Part shown: positions 49,222-62,096 of the stretch, piece by piece | How positions within the stretch are numbered: position 1 is the first letter of the stretch | Layout: each line of letters starts with the position of its first letter | NCBI RefSeq assembly: GCF_004010195.1 | Contig: NC_057752.1 | Span: 11,469,669-11,532,772, forward strand | From: Chiloscyllium plagiosum | Taxonomy: Eukaryota | Direction: 5' to 3' | DNA length: 63,104 nt | The notes under the pieces: model-generated | Seen by the model: the letters and a program-made list of their open reading frames with translations, nothing else | What the model was told of the DNA's origin: nothing | Database searches by the model: none | Position numbers and translations under genes: made by a program

Positions 49222-49355
49222 TCTATTCCTGATGAAGGGCTTTTGCCCGAAACGTCGATTTTCCTGCTCCTTGGATGTTGCCTGAACTGCTGTGCTTTTC
49301 CAGCACCACTAATCCAGAATCTGGTTTCCAGCATCTTCAGTCATTGTTTTTACCT
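49222..49355 (+). ncRNA. Minimal type I hammerhead ribozyme core within a Penelope-like terminal repeat
   Basis: CTGATGA (49229-49235), A-GGGC-TTTT-GCCC stem II, GAAAC, then the GTC cleavage triplet (49254-49256). Confidence 0.7.
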
Positions 49356-49356
49356 T

Positions 49357-49601
49357 CACAACTGCCTGTCTGCTTTCAGTGGCCAGACTGCCAAAACCCC
49401 AATCAAACCAGAGAAAAGCTGAGCTGGGAGAACTTTTTTTAAACTTGAAAGCCTTTTTACTGAGGCAGTATCTGTTAGCTATAATCAAATTGTCCCTAAA
49501 ACGCTTGAAACTTAGTCTTTTCGGAGTCTGTGTCTTTTATGACCTCTCTGAAAAAAAAAGCCAAAGACACAATTACCTTGTTAAAGAGGCAGCATCATCA
49601 C
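49357..49601 (-). mobile_element. LTR fragment of the same family as 1800-2092
   Basis: Direct similarity (CCAGAG.AAAGCTGAGCTGGGAGAA, GAGGCAGTATCTGTTAGCTATAATCAAA) and the same TCACA terminus. Confidence 0.8.
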
Positions 49602-50891
49602 ATCTTCCTATCTACTTGTGTGGCCACTTTCAGGGAATTATGGACTTGAAACCCAAGATCCCTTTGTTCATCAATATTGTTCAGGGTCCTGCCATTAACT
49701 ATGCACTTTTCCTTAACATTTGACCTCCCAAAGTGCAGCATCTCACACTTATCCGGATTAAACTCCATCTGCAATTCCAATTCCACTTCAACTGATCTCT
49801 ATCCTTTGACAACCTTCTACGCTATCCACAACTCCACCGATCTTTGTGTCATCTGCAAATTTACTAATCCACTCTCTACATTTTCATCCAAGTCATTTAT
49901 ATACATCACTAACAACAGAGGTCCCAGTACGGATCCCTGTGGGGCATCACTAGTCATGGACCTCCAGCCTGAAAAATACCCTTCTGCCACTACCCTCTGT
50001 CTTCTCTGGGCAAGCCAATTCTGAATCCAAATGGCCAAGTCACTGTGGATCCCATGGACCTTAATCTTCTGGATGAGCCTACCATGAGGGACCTTGTTGA
50101 AAGCCTTCCTAAACTCCAAGTAGACAACATCCACTGTTCTACCCTTATCGACCACCTTCGTCACCCTCTCGAAAAATTCAATCAAGTCAATAAGACTTGA
50201 CCTGCCCTGCACAAAGCCATGCTGACTGTCCCTAATTGGGCCATGCTTTTCCAAATGCACGTAAATCCTATCCCTAAAAGTTCTCTCCAAAAGCTTCCCA
50301 ACCCCGGATGTGAGACTCACCGCTCCACAGTTTCCTGGATTATCCCTATTTCCCTTCTTCAACAGAAGAACAACCGTAGCTACTGGCCAGTTCTCAGGGA
50401 CCTCGCCAGTGGCTAGTGAGGATACAGAGATCTTGGTCAAGGCCCCAGCAATCTCCTCCCTTGCCTCTCTCGATAACCCGGGGTAGATACCATCAGGCTG
50501 TAAAGACTTATCCACTTAATGCTCTTCAAGTGACTCAACACCACTTCTTTCTTGACCTCAACATGCCCAAGCATATTAGCATGCTCCCCACTAATCTCAC
50601 TGCCCTCCATATCCTTCTCTTGGGTGAATATAGATATAAAGTATTCATTTCGGATCTCACCCACAGCCTCTGCCTCCAAGCACAAGTTCCCTTCTTTATC
50701 TTTGAGTGGTCCTTCTGTCTCCCTAGTTCTCATCTTGTTTTTAATGCATGTATAGAATGCCTTGGGATTCTCTTTAACCTTACAGACATTTCTTCTTGCT
50801 GTCCTAATTCCCTGCTTGAGTTGTTTCCTGCTTTCTTTATATTCCTCACAGGCCCTGTACGATGTTAGCTTCCTAAACCTTACATTTGATT

Positions 50892-53800
50892 CTTCTTTTT
50901 TGTAAATATATTTATTAGCAATTTTTTAAATTTTACCAACATCTAAAATTATTGAAAAAAACAATCAATCACAAATATCAGTATAATAAAAAGAAAAAAA
51001 AACACAAATTACAATACAACTACTATCTACTAACTACTAACCTACTCTATAATACAAAGCAAACCCTAACACTGTGCAAAGCAACATCAAAAACCAGCAA
51101 AAGCAAAAAAAAACCCCAAAAAACCCAACAGAATACAGAACAGCTATGCTTGGCGCAATGCTCCCAAACAAAGGAACGGAAGCATTGTATACATACCCGT
51201 ATTAACTCGGGAGATGCCCTCCAGGGCCCAGGGCTTGACAAATCTAATCATCCTGGTTAAACAAATGCCCTAGTTAAGATAACTGACAAATCTATATCCA
51301 AATAACTCAAGTAGGGCTGCCATGTCTTATAAAAATTGTCTGTTGTGTGGTGCACCATGTTTGTGAAAAAGTCCAAGGGAATGTGCTCCATAATTAATTT
51401 CTGCCATCCCAGCAAGCCCGGCGGCTTCTCAGACACCCAGTTCATCAGAATATTCTTCCGTGCACAGTATGCAAGAATATTAAATAGTTTCTTCCCATTC
51501 CCATCTAAAGATGGTAAATTTGGTAGATCTAAGAGGAGAGATATCGGGTCGACTTTGACTTCAGTCCCCAATACCCTCCCTATCTCTCCCACCACAGTGC
51601 TCCAATAAACACAGAGCCTGTGGCATGTCCAGAAGCAATGGGTAAGAGTGCCTACACTTATTTTACATTTGGGGCACACTGAAGATGCTCCTTTTTTAAA
51701 CTTCGCCAGATGGTCAGGTGCCAGATGAGCCCTGTGCAGAACCTTTAACTGCGTAGCACATGTCCTGTTACAGATTGAGATCTTTCGAGTATTCTCCTAT
51801 CTGTTCTCCCATGTTTCAGAAGAGATCTCCACTCCCAGCTCTTGCTCCCATGCCTCACATAACCAGTTAATATCCTGCCAGGCCCTGCCACCCAGTAGGC
51901 GATAGAGGGCACTAACTGAAAGGGTGTTGGTGGAACGTAGCAACAACCTCTCTGTATCGGGCTTATGGGGCTTAGTGAGGAGCATAGTCTTCTTCTGAAT
52001 GAAATCCCTAACCTGAAAAAAATGGAAAAGGTCTCTGCTGGGTAACCTGTATTTGCGGCTCAGTTGCTCAAAAAAGATCATAACCTCCCCCTCAAACAAG
52101 TCTCCCAAACTAGAAACTCCTCTCGCTGCCCATAGTTTGAACCCTGAGTCCATCATCCCTGGTCGGAACCCTGGCATGCCAACTATAGGTTTAAGTGGCG
52201 AAGTCTTGGATAAACAACCCTCACTTTGATGCATCGCCCTCCATGCCTTGACTGTACTAATGACAATGGGGTTCCAGCAGTGGTCCATAACTGTCCTCAT
52301 CTTATCCATGAACAATAGGTTAATAAGAGGGCACTTTGCCTGGGAGGCCTCGATATCTAGCCATATTGAGTTTGGGTCGTAACCTACCCAATCACAGACA
52401 AAGGACAGCAGGGAACTCAATTGATACCTCCTGATGTCTGGGAAATCAACTCCTCCCCCTCCTTGAGGCAACTGCAATTTAGTAAGTTTGATGAGGGGCC
52501 ACCCACGATGCTAGACAAAGGAACCAAACCACCCCATAAGCTTCTGCAGCGTTGACCTGGGAAACATTATAGGGAGCATACGCATGGGATAAAGCAAACG
52601 AGGAATAACATTCATCTTAATGAGAGATATTCGGCCCAGCCATGAAATTGGAAGAGCCTCCCATCTCTGGAGATCTCGCCTAATATTGTCGAGCAAGTGA
52701 GCAAAGTTAGTCCGAAATAACAGATCAAACTTGGGGGTAATAAAAATGCCTAGGTACTGGAACCCTGCGTGTGACCACTTAAAAGGGAACTTAGAGCCAC
52801 CTTCTGGCACATCCTTAAGGTTCCCCAAAGGCATAGCCTCCGATTTTGCAAAGTCAATCTTATAGCCCCAAATGAATTGATACATTGTATCAAATGGGGT
52901 ACAGAGGTGATCGGGTTTGATAAAAACAGGACATCACCCGCATACAATGTAATCTTGTGTGCCCTCGATCCCACTTCCGAAGCGGTTATGTGGACGTTCT
53001 GACGAATAGCCACTGCCAGCGGTTCTATCACCAATGTAAACAACAATGGTGAGAAGGGGCAGCCTTGCCGACTACCCCGACCAATTGTAAAATTCCCAGG
53101 CTTCACCCCGTTGGTGATGACTGCGGCCAGAGGGTGGTGATATAAACCCTCCACCCACCTAGCAAAGATTCCACCCAACCCGAACTGTTCTAAGACATAA
53201 AAAAGATATGGCCGTTCCAAAAGATGGTGGTAGACGTTCATGCATATTGGAGTGATTGTACATCTCCAACATCGGCCCTGACAGAACTCCTATAAACTCT
53301 TGATAAAACTCACCCGGGAGACCATCAGGGCCATGCGCTTTCCCACTCTGAAGTTGCCTAGCTGCCTCCTGTATTTCCTGAACTGTCAAGGGGGCATTAA
53401 GGAGAGAGGCCTGTTCCAAAGTTACCCCTGGGAGGTCCAGGTTCTTAAAAAAGGTTTCCATTTTAGCCCTCCTGTCTTCGCAACCTTCAGACCGATACAA
53501 TTCAGAGTAAAAGCTCCGAAAAGCCTCATTAATCTCTTTAGCATCGTATGTAAGGACCCCGGCGCTGTCTCTGATTGCAGTAATAGATTGGGGAGCACGC
53601 TTTTTCCTGGTCAGGTACGCTAAATACTTCCCTGGCCTACCCCCATATTCGAACAGCCTCTGTCTAGCAAAAGCAAGTTCTTTCTTTGCGTTTTGTGTCA
53701 GTATTGAATTCAAGGCAGCCTGAAGGGCTGTTATCCGCTGTAGCTTAGTCACCGAAGGCCGCACAAAATGTGCTGCCTCCCCGGCTTTCAACCGCGTCTC

Positions 53801-56444
53801 AAATAGACGCTGCTGTTCCTCCTTCTGTCGTTTCCACTAGCCGAATAGGAAATAGCTAATCTCTTAGCAAAGGCCTTAGCAGTCTCCCACAGCATGAACA
53901 GACTACTAGCTGTGCCTGAGTTGATAGTCAAGAATTCCCGAAACTCCTTCAAAACGTATTCCTCAAATTTGGAATCCTAAAGGAGAAAGGGGTCCAAACG
54001 CCAGTGCCGCAAACCTAGCCCTTCACTCTTGGCCTTAACCTCCAAATATACTGCCGCATGATCAGAGATAGATATATTCCCAATTTTACAACTAATAATT
54101 AAATCCAGGAGGGCCGAGGGAGCCAGAAAGAGGTCAATCCTCGTGTGACATTTATGTGGGTTTGAAAAAAAAGTGAAGTCCCCTGCCGGTAGGGTGAAAA
54201 CATCTCCAAATATCCACCAGTCTCGACTCCTCGCATAAGTCTGTGAAGAAATAGTTGGGGGCCCACAAGGCATCCTGTCCACTGTTGGATCAAAAAGACA
54301 ATTAAAATCCCCCCTAGAAATAATGTGCCATGTTCCAAAAGCACTTAACTTAGAGAAAGCACTAATCAAAAATTTGAGAGGATGCGCCGGAGGACAGTAG
54401 ACATTTAAAATGCCATATTCCTCCCAATGTATCAGGACTTTAAGTATCACAAACCGTCCCTGCTCCTCTTTCACCTGCTCTAATAATGTGAACGGAACAT
54501 TGTTCTGGATAAGTACCGCCACTCCCCTACTTTTAGTAGTAAAGGATGAAAAAAATACCCAGTCATAACCCCCCTGTTGTAATTTCAGGTGTTCCCCATC
54601 ATCAAGATGGGTTTCCTGCAACAAAGCGATATCAACCCTTTCCCTCTTAAGGCCAGAAAGGACTTTTTTTCCTTTTAATAGGCGAATGACTTCCCTTAAT
54701 GTTCCAGGTGCACCATTTAATTCGACACTTCGTCATATCCCCTTTCAGACAGCCTTGAACCCCTCGGGGGGAGAACCTTGCTTACAAAGCACCGAGCATA
54801 AGTAAATAAAGACTCATAGAATCGAAAAACTATATATACAAAAACTACTCTACCATAACTATAAACAACTATTACTACCAAAAAGCTACAAAGAAAACCA
54901 ACTATAGAACCTTGAATGGAAGACTCTTCCCCCTGCCCATAGGGGGCACTCACCCTACCCATCCCCTCCTTCATAGCTCCTTCAAACCTGGACTGTGCCC
55001 CAAACTTAGGCCAGAAAAAAAAAACAAGGAGATGATCCTTAAATCAAAAGACAAAGTCAGGATGAGCAGTACACCCATCCCTGGCTTCATGACACCCCTA
55101 CTTGTGACTAAAAGACAAGCAGAAGAAACATAAAAAAGGGAGAGAGACAACAAAGAACATCCACAAAATTTCCCATCAGAAAATCCAGTTATTAAAATAA
55201 ATAGGAACAACTTATTCCAAAGTCTTTTCCCCCCTTTCCAAAAATGAAATTATTAGGGAGAAAGAAAGGAATAAAAATAAAGGAAGGGAAAACGTGGGGA
55301 AAAATAGAAAAGAGAACAAACATTAACCGTATTCTTCAGGCCAATCCGTCTATTTTAAAGTGTTCACAAAGATTTTAGCCTTATCCGCCTAGTCAAATGT
55401 ATAAACTGAGTCCTCGTGGCTGAAACGTACTACGGGGTATCTCATAGAGTACTGGATGCCCAGGTTCCTCAGCCTCTTTTTAACTTCATCGAAGGACTTC
55501 CTCTTACAGCTGCAGAGAAATCCTGGAAAAACATAATTTTTGACCCCTTGTACAGCAGTGCCTGCGGATCTTTTCCCAGGGATCTGGAAGCTTCTATGAC
55601 TTTTTGCTTGTCCTCATATGAGTGGAAGTGCACTCGGACTGGGTGGGGATGCTGCACCAGCCCTGACCTGTGCACTGTAACCCGATACGCCCTTTCAATC
55701 TGCAGCCAGCTGGATGTGAAGACCCAAAAACCTTGGCAGCCAGTTTTCAAAGAAACTGACTGGCTGCTCACCTTCCTCACCTTTAGGGAGCCCGACAATT
55801 CAGAGATTTATCCTCTGATTTCGATTTTCGAGGTCGTCGATATGGTTTTGCAAGGCCCGCACCTCTCGCTCCAGCACCTGGATCCGACTGGATGAGGACT
55901 CCATTGCAGCTTCCGAGGCCTTAGTTCGACCCTCCACCTCCTCCAGCCTCTCCCTGAGGCCCTGGATCTCCTGCTCATGCTTCTGCAGCATGGATGCGAT
56001 AGGTTGGACCTGGGCCCAAATCTCCCCACGGATTTCCTCAATCGCGGCCCCAACTTTCAAGGTAAGTCTCTCCATCGCCGCAGCCAATTCCTGTGAGTCT
56101 GTCAGGTCCCCGGGGTCAATTCCTGTGAGTCTGTCAGGTCCCCGGGGTCAATTCCTGTGAGTCTATCAGGTCCCCGGGGGTTCAGGAGAGGCTGCTGCTG
56201 CTGCAGTCTCTGGTGTGGTAGGTGTTGCAGGGGACTGTCCTCCCTGCTGCTGTTTGCTCACTCCTTTTCCCTTTGGTATCCTTCCCACTCCCAAATATTA
56301 ACAAATATGTGTTCTGTAAGGTTTTAAATTAATAATTCCACCACATAAGTTGGCCAGGGATGGCAAAAAACACCGGTATGCCTTGGCTGTTAGGCAGAGC
56401 TGTCCACAGCAGTCCTACAGAATCGCCGCCATCTTGCCGAGTCC
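50892..56444 (-). mobile_element. Full-length, decayed L1-clade LINE (ORF1 coiled-coil/RRM; ORF2 APE-RT-Cys-rich)
   Basis: 10-bp TSD ACATTTGATT at 50882-50891 and 56445-56454. ORF1 pieces 55469-56087; ORF2 pieces LQETHL/GDFN/SDH (53977-54624), GSRQGCPFSPLLF and LYAGD (52750-53241), CPKC..HCFWTC (51257-51679). AATAAA and an A-rich tail at the left end. Confidence 0.93.
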
Positions 56445-56964
56445 ACATTTGATTGTTTTCTACCGCTTGACTAAATTCACAACCACCCTCGTTATCCAAG
56501 GGTCCCTGACCTTGCTATCCTTACTGGAACATACCAGTCCTGAACTTTCATCAGCAGGTCTTTAAACAACTCCCACGTGGACTTGCCCCATAACAGCTCC
56601 TTCCAATTAATACTCGCTAGCTCCTGCTTAATACTGACTTAATTTGCCTTCCCCCAGTTTAGTACCTTCCTGCAAGATCCTGACTTATCCTTATTCATAG
56701 CTACCTTAAAACTTTAGAAGTTGTGATCACGGTTTACAAAATGGTCTCCCATTGAAAGGTCATTCACCTGGCCAGGCTCATTAGCCGATACAAGTCTGAC
56801 ATGGCTCCTTCTCTTGTTGGACTATCCACATCCTGTTTCAAGAGACCCTCTCGGATGCATCCAACAAATTCTGACCCATCTAAGCCTCTTGCTCTAAGGG
56901 AGTCCCAGTCAATATTGGGGAAGTTAAAGTCACCCACTATGCCAACCCTGTTGCTATTGCCCAC

Positions 56965-57545
56965 ACCAGCGCCCTTACCTCTGTCCAAGGCCCCAAAGGA
57001 GCCTTCCACATCCATCAGAGTTTTACCTACATTTCCACACATGTCATTTACTGTATTCGTTGATTCCGATGCGGTCTCCTCTGCACTGGGGAGACAGTAT
57101 GCCTACTTGCAGAGTGCTTCAGAGAACATCTCCGGGACACCCGCACCAACCAACCCCACTGCCCCATGGCCGAACACTTTACCTCCCCCTCCCCTTCCCA
57201 CTCCACCAAGATCATGCAGGTCCTGGGCCTCTTCCATCACCACACTGTCACCACCCGATACCTGGAGGAAGAGCACCTCATCTTTTGCCTCGGGATCCTC
57301 CAACCTCACGGCATCAATGTGGACTCCACCAGTTTCCTCATTTCCCCTCCTTCCACCTTATCCCAGTTCCAACCTTCCAACTCGGCACTGCCCTCCTGAA
57401 CTGTCCTACCTGCCCAATTTCCTTCCCACCTATCTGCTCCACCCTCCTCTCTGACCTAGTCAATTCTCCTGCTTCTTGGATGCTGTGCTTTTCCAGCACC
57501 ACACCCTTGACTCTAACTCCAGCATCTGCAGTCCTCACTTTCTCT
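56965..57545 (+). mobile_element. Penelope-like element 3' fragment (GIY-YIG endonuclease end and terminal repeat tail)
   Basis: RYLEEEHLIFCLGILQPHGINVD peptide, followed by the GGATGCTG..GTGCTTTTCCAGCA..CTCCAGCATCTGCAGTCCTCACTTTCTC tail. Confidence 0.8.
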
Positions 57546-57912
57546 TTCCATAATCTGCTGACATATCAGTTCCTCAATGTCTCGATGGCTGTTGGGGTAT
57601 AATCCTATCAGAGTGATTGCACCTGTCTCACTTGAGCTCGGCCTATACTGTCTCAGTGGGCAAGCCCTCCTGTATGCCCTCTCTGAGTGCAGATGTGACA
57701 TTCTCCCTGATGAGTAATGCAACTCCTTCACCTCTTTTGCCTTCCTCGTGACCTCATCTAAAACAATGAAACCCTGGAATGTTGAGCAATCGGTCCTGTC
57801 CCTCGCTCAACCAAGTCTCTGTAATGGCCACAACATCATGGTTCCATGTACTGATCCAGCCTTTAAGTCATCTACCTTACCTATAATACTGCTTGCATTG
57901 AAATAAACACTT

Positions 57913-58695
57913 CTTTTTTAAATTTCAAAAATATGTTTTATTCATTAAAAAATGCATACATTCAAAGTCACTAAATCAGTTCAGTTCTGTATAGTAGCAT
58001 ATGAAGAAAACAAACATTGGAGTTGGACTCGATCCAGCAAATGACCAAAGGCATCTCTTACTTGTGCAAGATTAGATTTACATATTATGGAGGTACTGGG
58101 AGGGTCTGAATGCACCTCTGTTTATCTTCAGCAGAAAGACCTCAGGCTGAGATTTCTCCCCACTGCGCCTTGGTGGCAGCTGTCCCAAGCTTTAAAGAGT
58201 CCCTCAACATGTAGTCCTGGACCTTGGGATGTGCCAGTCCGCACTAGTCGTTCAGGGTCAACTCCTTGTTCTGGAAGACCGAAAAGCTTTGGGCACACCA
58301 AAGAGCGTCTTTCGTCGAATTGCTGGTCCTCCAGGTGCGGTCGATGTTTCTCTTGGTGTCCGCCCGGAGTACAGACCATAGAACACAGAGTTCTGCATCA
58401 CAGAGCTGCTTGGGACATAACTTGACAAAAAAGACCACTGCATTTTTCTCCAGACTTTCTCATCACCCTTCTTACCACCAGCTGAGCAATGTCTTGGCGC
58501 TTGTTGGTAAGGTCTTGAGATGAGGCGATCTGCCAAATGACTTTGACAGTCTGCTCAGGGAACCACGAGACAGGATTCACCCTCTCCTTTACCCACAGGG
58601 TATCAAGGACGCGACGTACTGACCATTTCCTGATGGGCTGTAGTCAAAGGGGTTTCTCTTTGTAAATTTCTCCACGAGGGACAAGCGATACGGCT
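57913..58695 (-). mobile_element. Tx1-like LINE, 3' fragment
   Basis: WFPEQTVKVIWQIASSQDL... peptide, homologous to 61360-62090; AATAAA and A-rich tail at the left end. Confidence 0.8.
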
Positions 58696-58779
58696 GTCTG
58701 TTTACCTGTTTCATCACTGGGGGGATCTTCCTATATCCCTATGGTGTGGGCGAATTCGTGGACCCTTGCAGAGCTGAGG

Positions 58780-61340
58780 GTTGAGATGGAGAAGAATTTG
58801 TTAAGCGTGTACAAGAAAGTTTTCTGATTCAGTATGTGGATGTACCAACTAGGGAAGGTGTAAAACTTGACCTACTCTTGGGAAATAAGGCAGGGCAGGT
58901 GACTGAGGTGTCAGTGGGGGAGCACTTTGGGGCCAACGACCATAATTCTACTAGTCTTAAAATTGTGATGGAAAAGGATAGACCAGATCTAAAAGTTGAA
59001 GTTCGAGATTGGAGAAAGGCCAATTTTGATGGCATTTGGCAAGGACTTTCAAAAGCTGATTGGGGACAGATGTTCGCAGGTAAAGGGATGGCTGGCAAAT
59101 GGGAAACTTTCAAAAATGAGATAATGAGAGTTACAGAGACAGTATATTCCTGTTAGGGAGAAAGGAAAGGCTGGTGGGTGCAAGGAATGCTGGATGACAA
59201 GAGAAATTGAGGGGTTGGTCAAGAAAAAGAAGGAAGCATAGGTCAGGAAAAGACAGTAGAGATCGAGTGAATCCCAAGAAGATTATAAAGGCAGGAGAGT
59301 ATACTTGAGGGAAATCAGGAGGGCAAAAAAGGGGACATGATGTAGCTTTGGCAAATAGAGTTAAGGAGAATCCAAAAGGCTTTTACAAATACATTAAGGA
59401 CAAAAGGGCAACTAGGGCGAGAATAGAGCCCCTCAAAGATCAGCAAGGTGGCCTATGTGTGGAACCACAGGAGATGGGGAGATATTAAATGATTATTTTG
59501 CACTAGTGTTTACTGTGGAGAAGGACATGGAAGATATAGAATGTAGGGAAATAGATGGCGACATCTTGAAAAATGTCCATATCACAGAGGAGGAGGTGAT
59601 GGATATCTTAAAACACATAAAAGTGGATAAATCCCCAGGACCGTATGAGGTGTACCCTGGAACTCTGTGGGAAGCTAGGGAAGTGATTGCTGGGCCTCTT
59701 GCTGAGATATTTGTATCATCGATAATCACAGGTGAGGTGCTGGAATATTGGAGGTTGGCTAACGTGGTGCCATTGTTTAAGAAAGATGGTAGGGACAAGC
59801 CAGGGAACTATAGACCAGTGAGCCTGACCTTGGTGGTATGTTGTTGGAGGGAATCCTGAGGGACAGGATGTACATGTATTTGGAAAGTCAAGGACTGATT
59901 AGAGATAGTCTGTGGGAAATCATGTCTCACGAACTTGATCGAGTTTTTTGAAGAAGGAACAAAGAGGATTGAGGAGGGCAGAGCGGTAGATGTGATCTAT
60001 GTGGACTTCAGTAAGGCGTTCGACAAGGTTCCCCATGGGAGACTGGTTAGCAAGGTTAGATCTCATGGGTTACAGGGAGAACTAGCCATTTGGACACAGA
60101 ACTGGCTCAAAGGTAGAAGACAGAGGGTAGTGGTGGAGGGTTGTTTTTCAGACTGGAGGCCTGTGACCAGTGGAATGCCACAAGGATTGGTGATGGGTCC
60201 ACTACTTTTCATCATTTATATAAATGATTTGGATATGAACATAGGAGATATGGTTAGGAAGTTTGCAGATGTCGCCAAAATTGGAGGTGTAGTGGACAGC
60301 GAAGAGGGTTACCTCAGATTACAACAGGATCTGGACCAGATGGGCCAATCGGTTGAGGAGTGGCAGATGGAGTTTAATTTAGATAAATGTGAGGTGCTGC
60401 ATTTTGGAATGGCAAATCTTAACACGACTTACGCACTTAATGGTAAGGTCCTGGGGGGTGTTGCTGAACAAAGAGACCTTGGGGTGCAGGTTCATAGTTC
60501 CTTGAAAGTGGAATCATAGGTAGATAGGATAGTGAGCTGACAAATGTGTTGCTGGAAAAGCGCAGCAGATCAGGCAGCATCAAAGGAGCAGGAGAATCGA
60601 CGTTTCGGGCATAAGCCCTTCTGTAGAGGGAGGAGGAGAGCTTCTTCAAGGAAGGCATCCTTGCAAGAGGATTCGCAGTAGGTTAAAATCAACAAGGAGA
60701 AAGTGAGGACTGCAGATGCTGGAGATCAGAGCTGAAAATATGTTTCCCGCAACACATTTTTCAGCTCTGATCTCCAGCATTTGCAGTCCTCACTTTCTCC
60801 TAGATAGGATAGTGATGAAGGCATTTAGTATGCTTGCCTTTATTGGTCAGAGTATTGAGTATAGGAGTTGATAGGTCATGTTGCGGCTATACAAGACATT
60901 AGTTCGGCTACTTTTGGAATATTGCGTGCAATTCTCGTCTCCTTCCTATCGGAAAGATGTTGTGAAACTTGAAAGGGTTCAGAAAAGATTTACAAGGATT
61001 CTGCCATGATTGGAGGAGTTGAGTTATAAGGAGAGGTTGAACAGGTTGGGGCTGTTTTTCTAGGAGCGTCAGAGGCTGAGGGGTGACCTTATCGAGTTTA
61101 TAAAATTATGAGGGACATGGACAGGGTAAACAGGCAAGGTATTTTTCCTGGGGTGGGGGAGTCGAAAACTAGAGGGCATAGGTTTAGGGTGAGAGGGGAA
61201 AGATATAAAAGGGATCTAAGGGGCAACTTTTTCACACAGAGGGTGGTGCATGTGTGGAATGAGCTGCCAGAGGAAGTGGTGGAGGCTGGTACAACTACAA
61301 CATGTCAAAGGCATCTGGATGGGGTATATGAATAGGAAGT
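58780..61340 (+). mobile_element. CR1 (HER1-type) LINE, same subfamily as 36195-38523, interrupted at 60536-60800
   Basis: ORFs 58836-60519 and 61108-61335; high nucleotide similarity to 36195-38523. Confidence 0.92.
60536..60800. mobile_element. Penelope-like terminal-repeat insertion with an internal hairpin
   Basis: 15-bp TSD TAGATAGGATAGTGA (60521-60535 and 60801-60815); about 49-bp inverted arms spanning 60696-60800; truncated hammerhead GGGCTTATGCCCGAAACGTC on the - strand. Confidence 0.8.
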
Positions 61341-61359
61341 GTTCGGCACATTCCAGAGT

Positions 61360-62090
61360 CTTTTTTATTTCAAAAATATATTTTATTCATAAAAATATTT
61401 TGATGATCTGTACAATTGGTTATGCCATATATACGTAAACATTCCATTTCTTTGCATACAGAGATCGAGTAATCATTCATATATATGTCTGTACGTTTAC
61501 TATGCATATATTTACCAGAGGCGTCAGGGGAGCCCACTTACTGTGTGGGCACCCTATTCTTAGGTAGGCAGATGTTACACAGTGGTCTTTCCCCACCGTG
61601 CCTTGGCGGCAGCTGCCCCAAGCTTCAGCGCGTCCCTCAGCACATAGTCCTGGACCTTGGAATGTGCCAGTCTGCAACACTCAGTCATGGTCAACTCCTT
61701 CAGCTGGAAGATCAACAGGTCTCGGACCGCCCAGAGAACGTCCTTCACCGAGTTGATGATCCTCCAGGCACAGTTGATGTTCGTCTCGGTGTGCGTCCCG
61801 GGGAACAGGCCGTAGAGCACGGAGTCCCGCGTCACGGCGCTGCTCGGGACGAACCTCAACAAACACCACTGTATTCCTCTCCAGACTTCTTCTGCGTAGG
61901 CACATTCCAGAAGGAGGTGTGTGACAGTCTCATCACCCCTGCAGCCGCTGAGAGTCCGGGCGTGCATAAAGGATCTCACAGGCAGAGCCCTTCTCACCAC
62001 CAGCCAAGCCATGTCTTGATGCTTGTTGGAAAGTTCTGGTGATGAGGCATTCTGCCAAATGGCTTTGACAGTCTGTTCAGGGAACCACTC
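61360..62090 (-). mobile_element. Tx1-like LINE, ORF2 C-terminus (zf-RVT region) and 3' UTR/poly(A)
   Basis: ORF 61575-62012 (GCRGDETVTHLLLEC..VW...YVLRDALKLG); AATAAA and A-tail at 61360-61395. Confidence 0.85.
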
Positions 62091-62096
62091 GGAGCT

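Larger units (their letters stand above)
48975..57912 (-). mobile_element. CR1 LINE broken by nested insertions (Penelope-like repeat end, LTR fragment, full-length L1, Penelope GIY-YIG fragment)
   Basis: 3' tail at 48975-49215, RT at 49600-50891 (ORF 49817-50515), endonuclease at 56455-56960 and 57545-57912 (GDFNFPNIDW). Confidence 0.85.
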
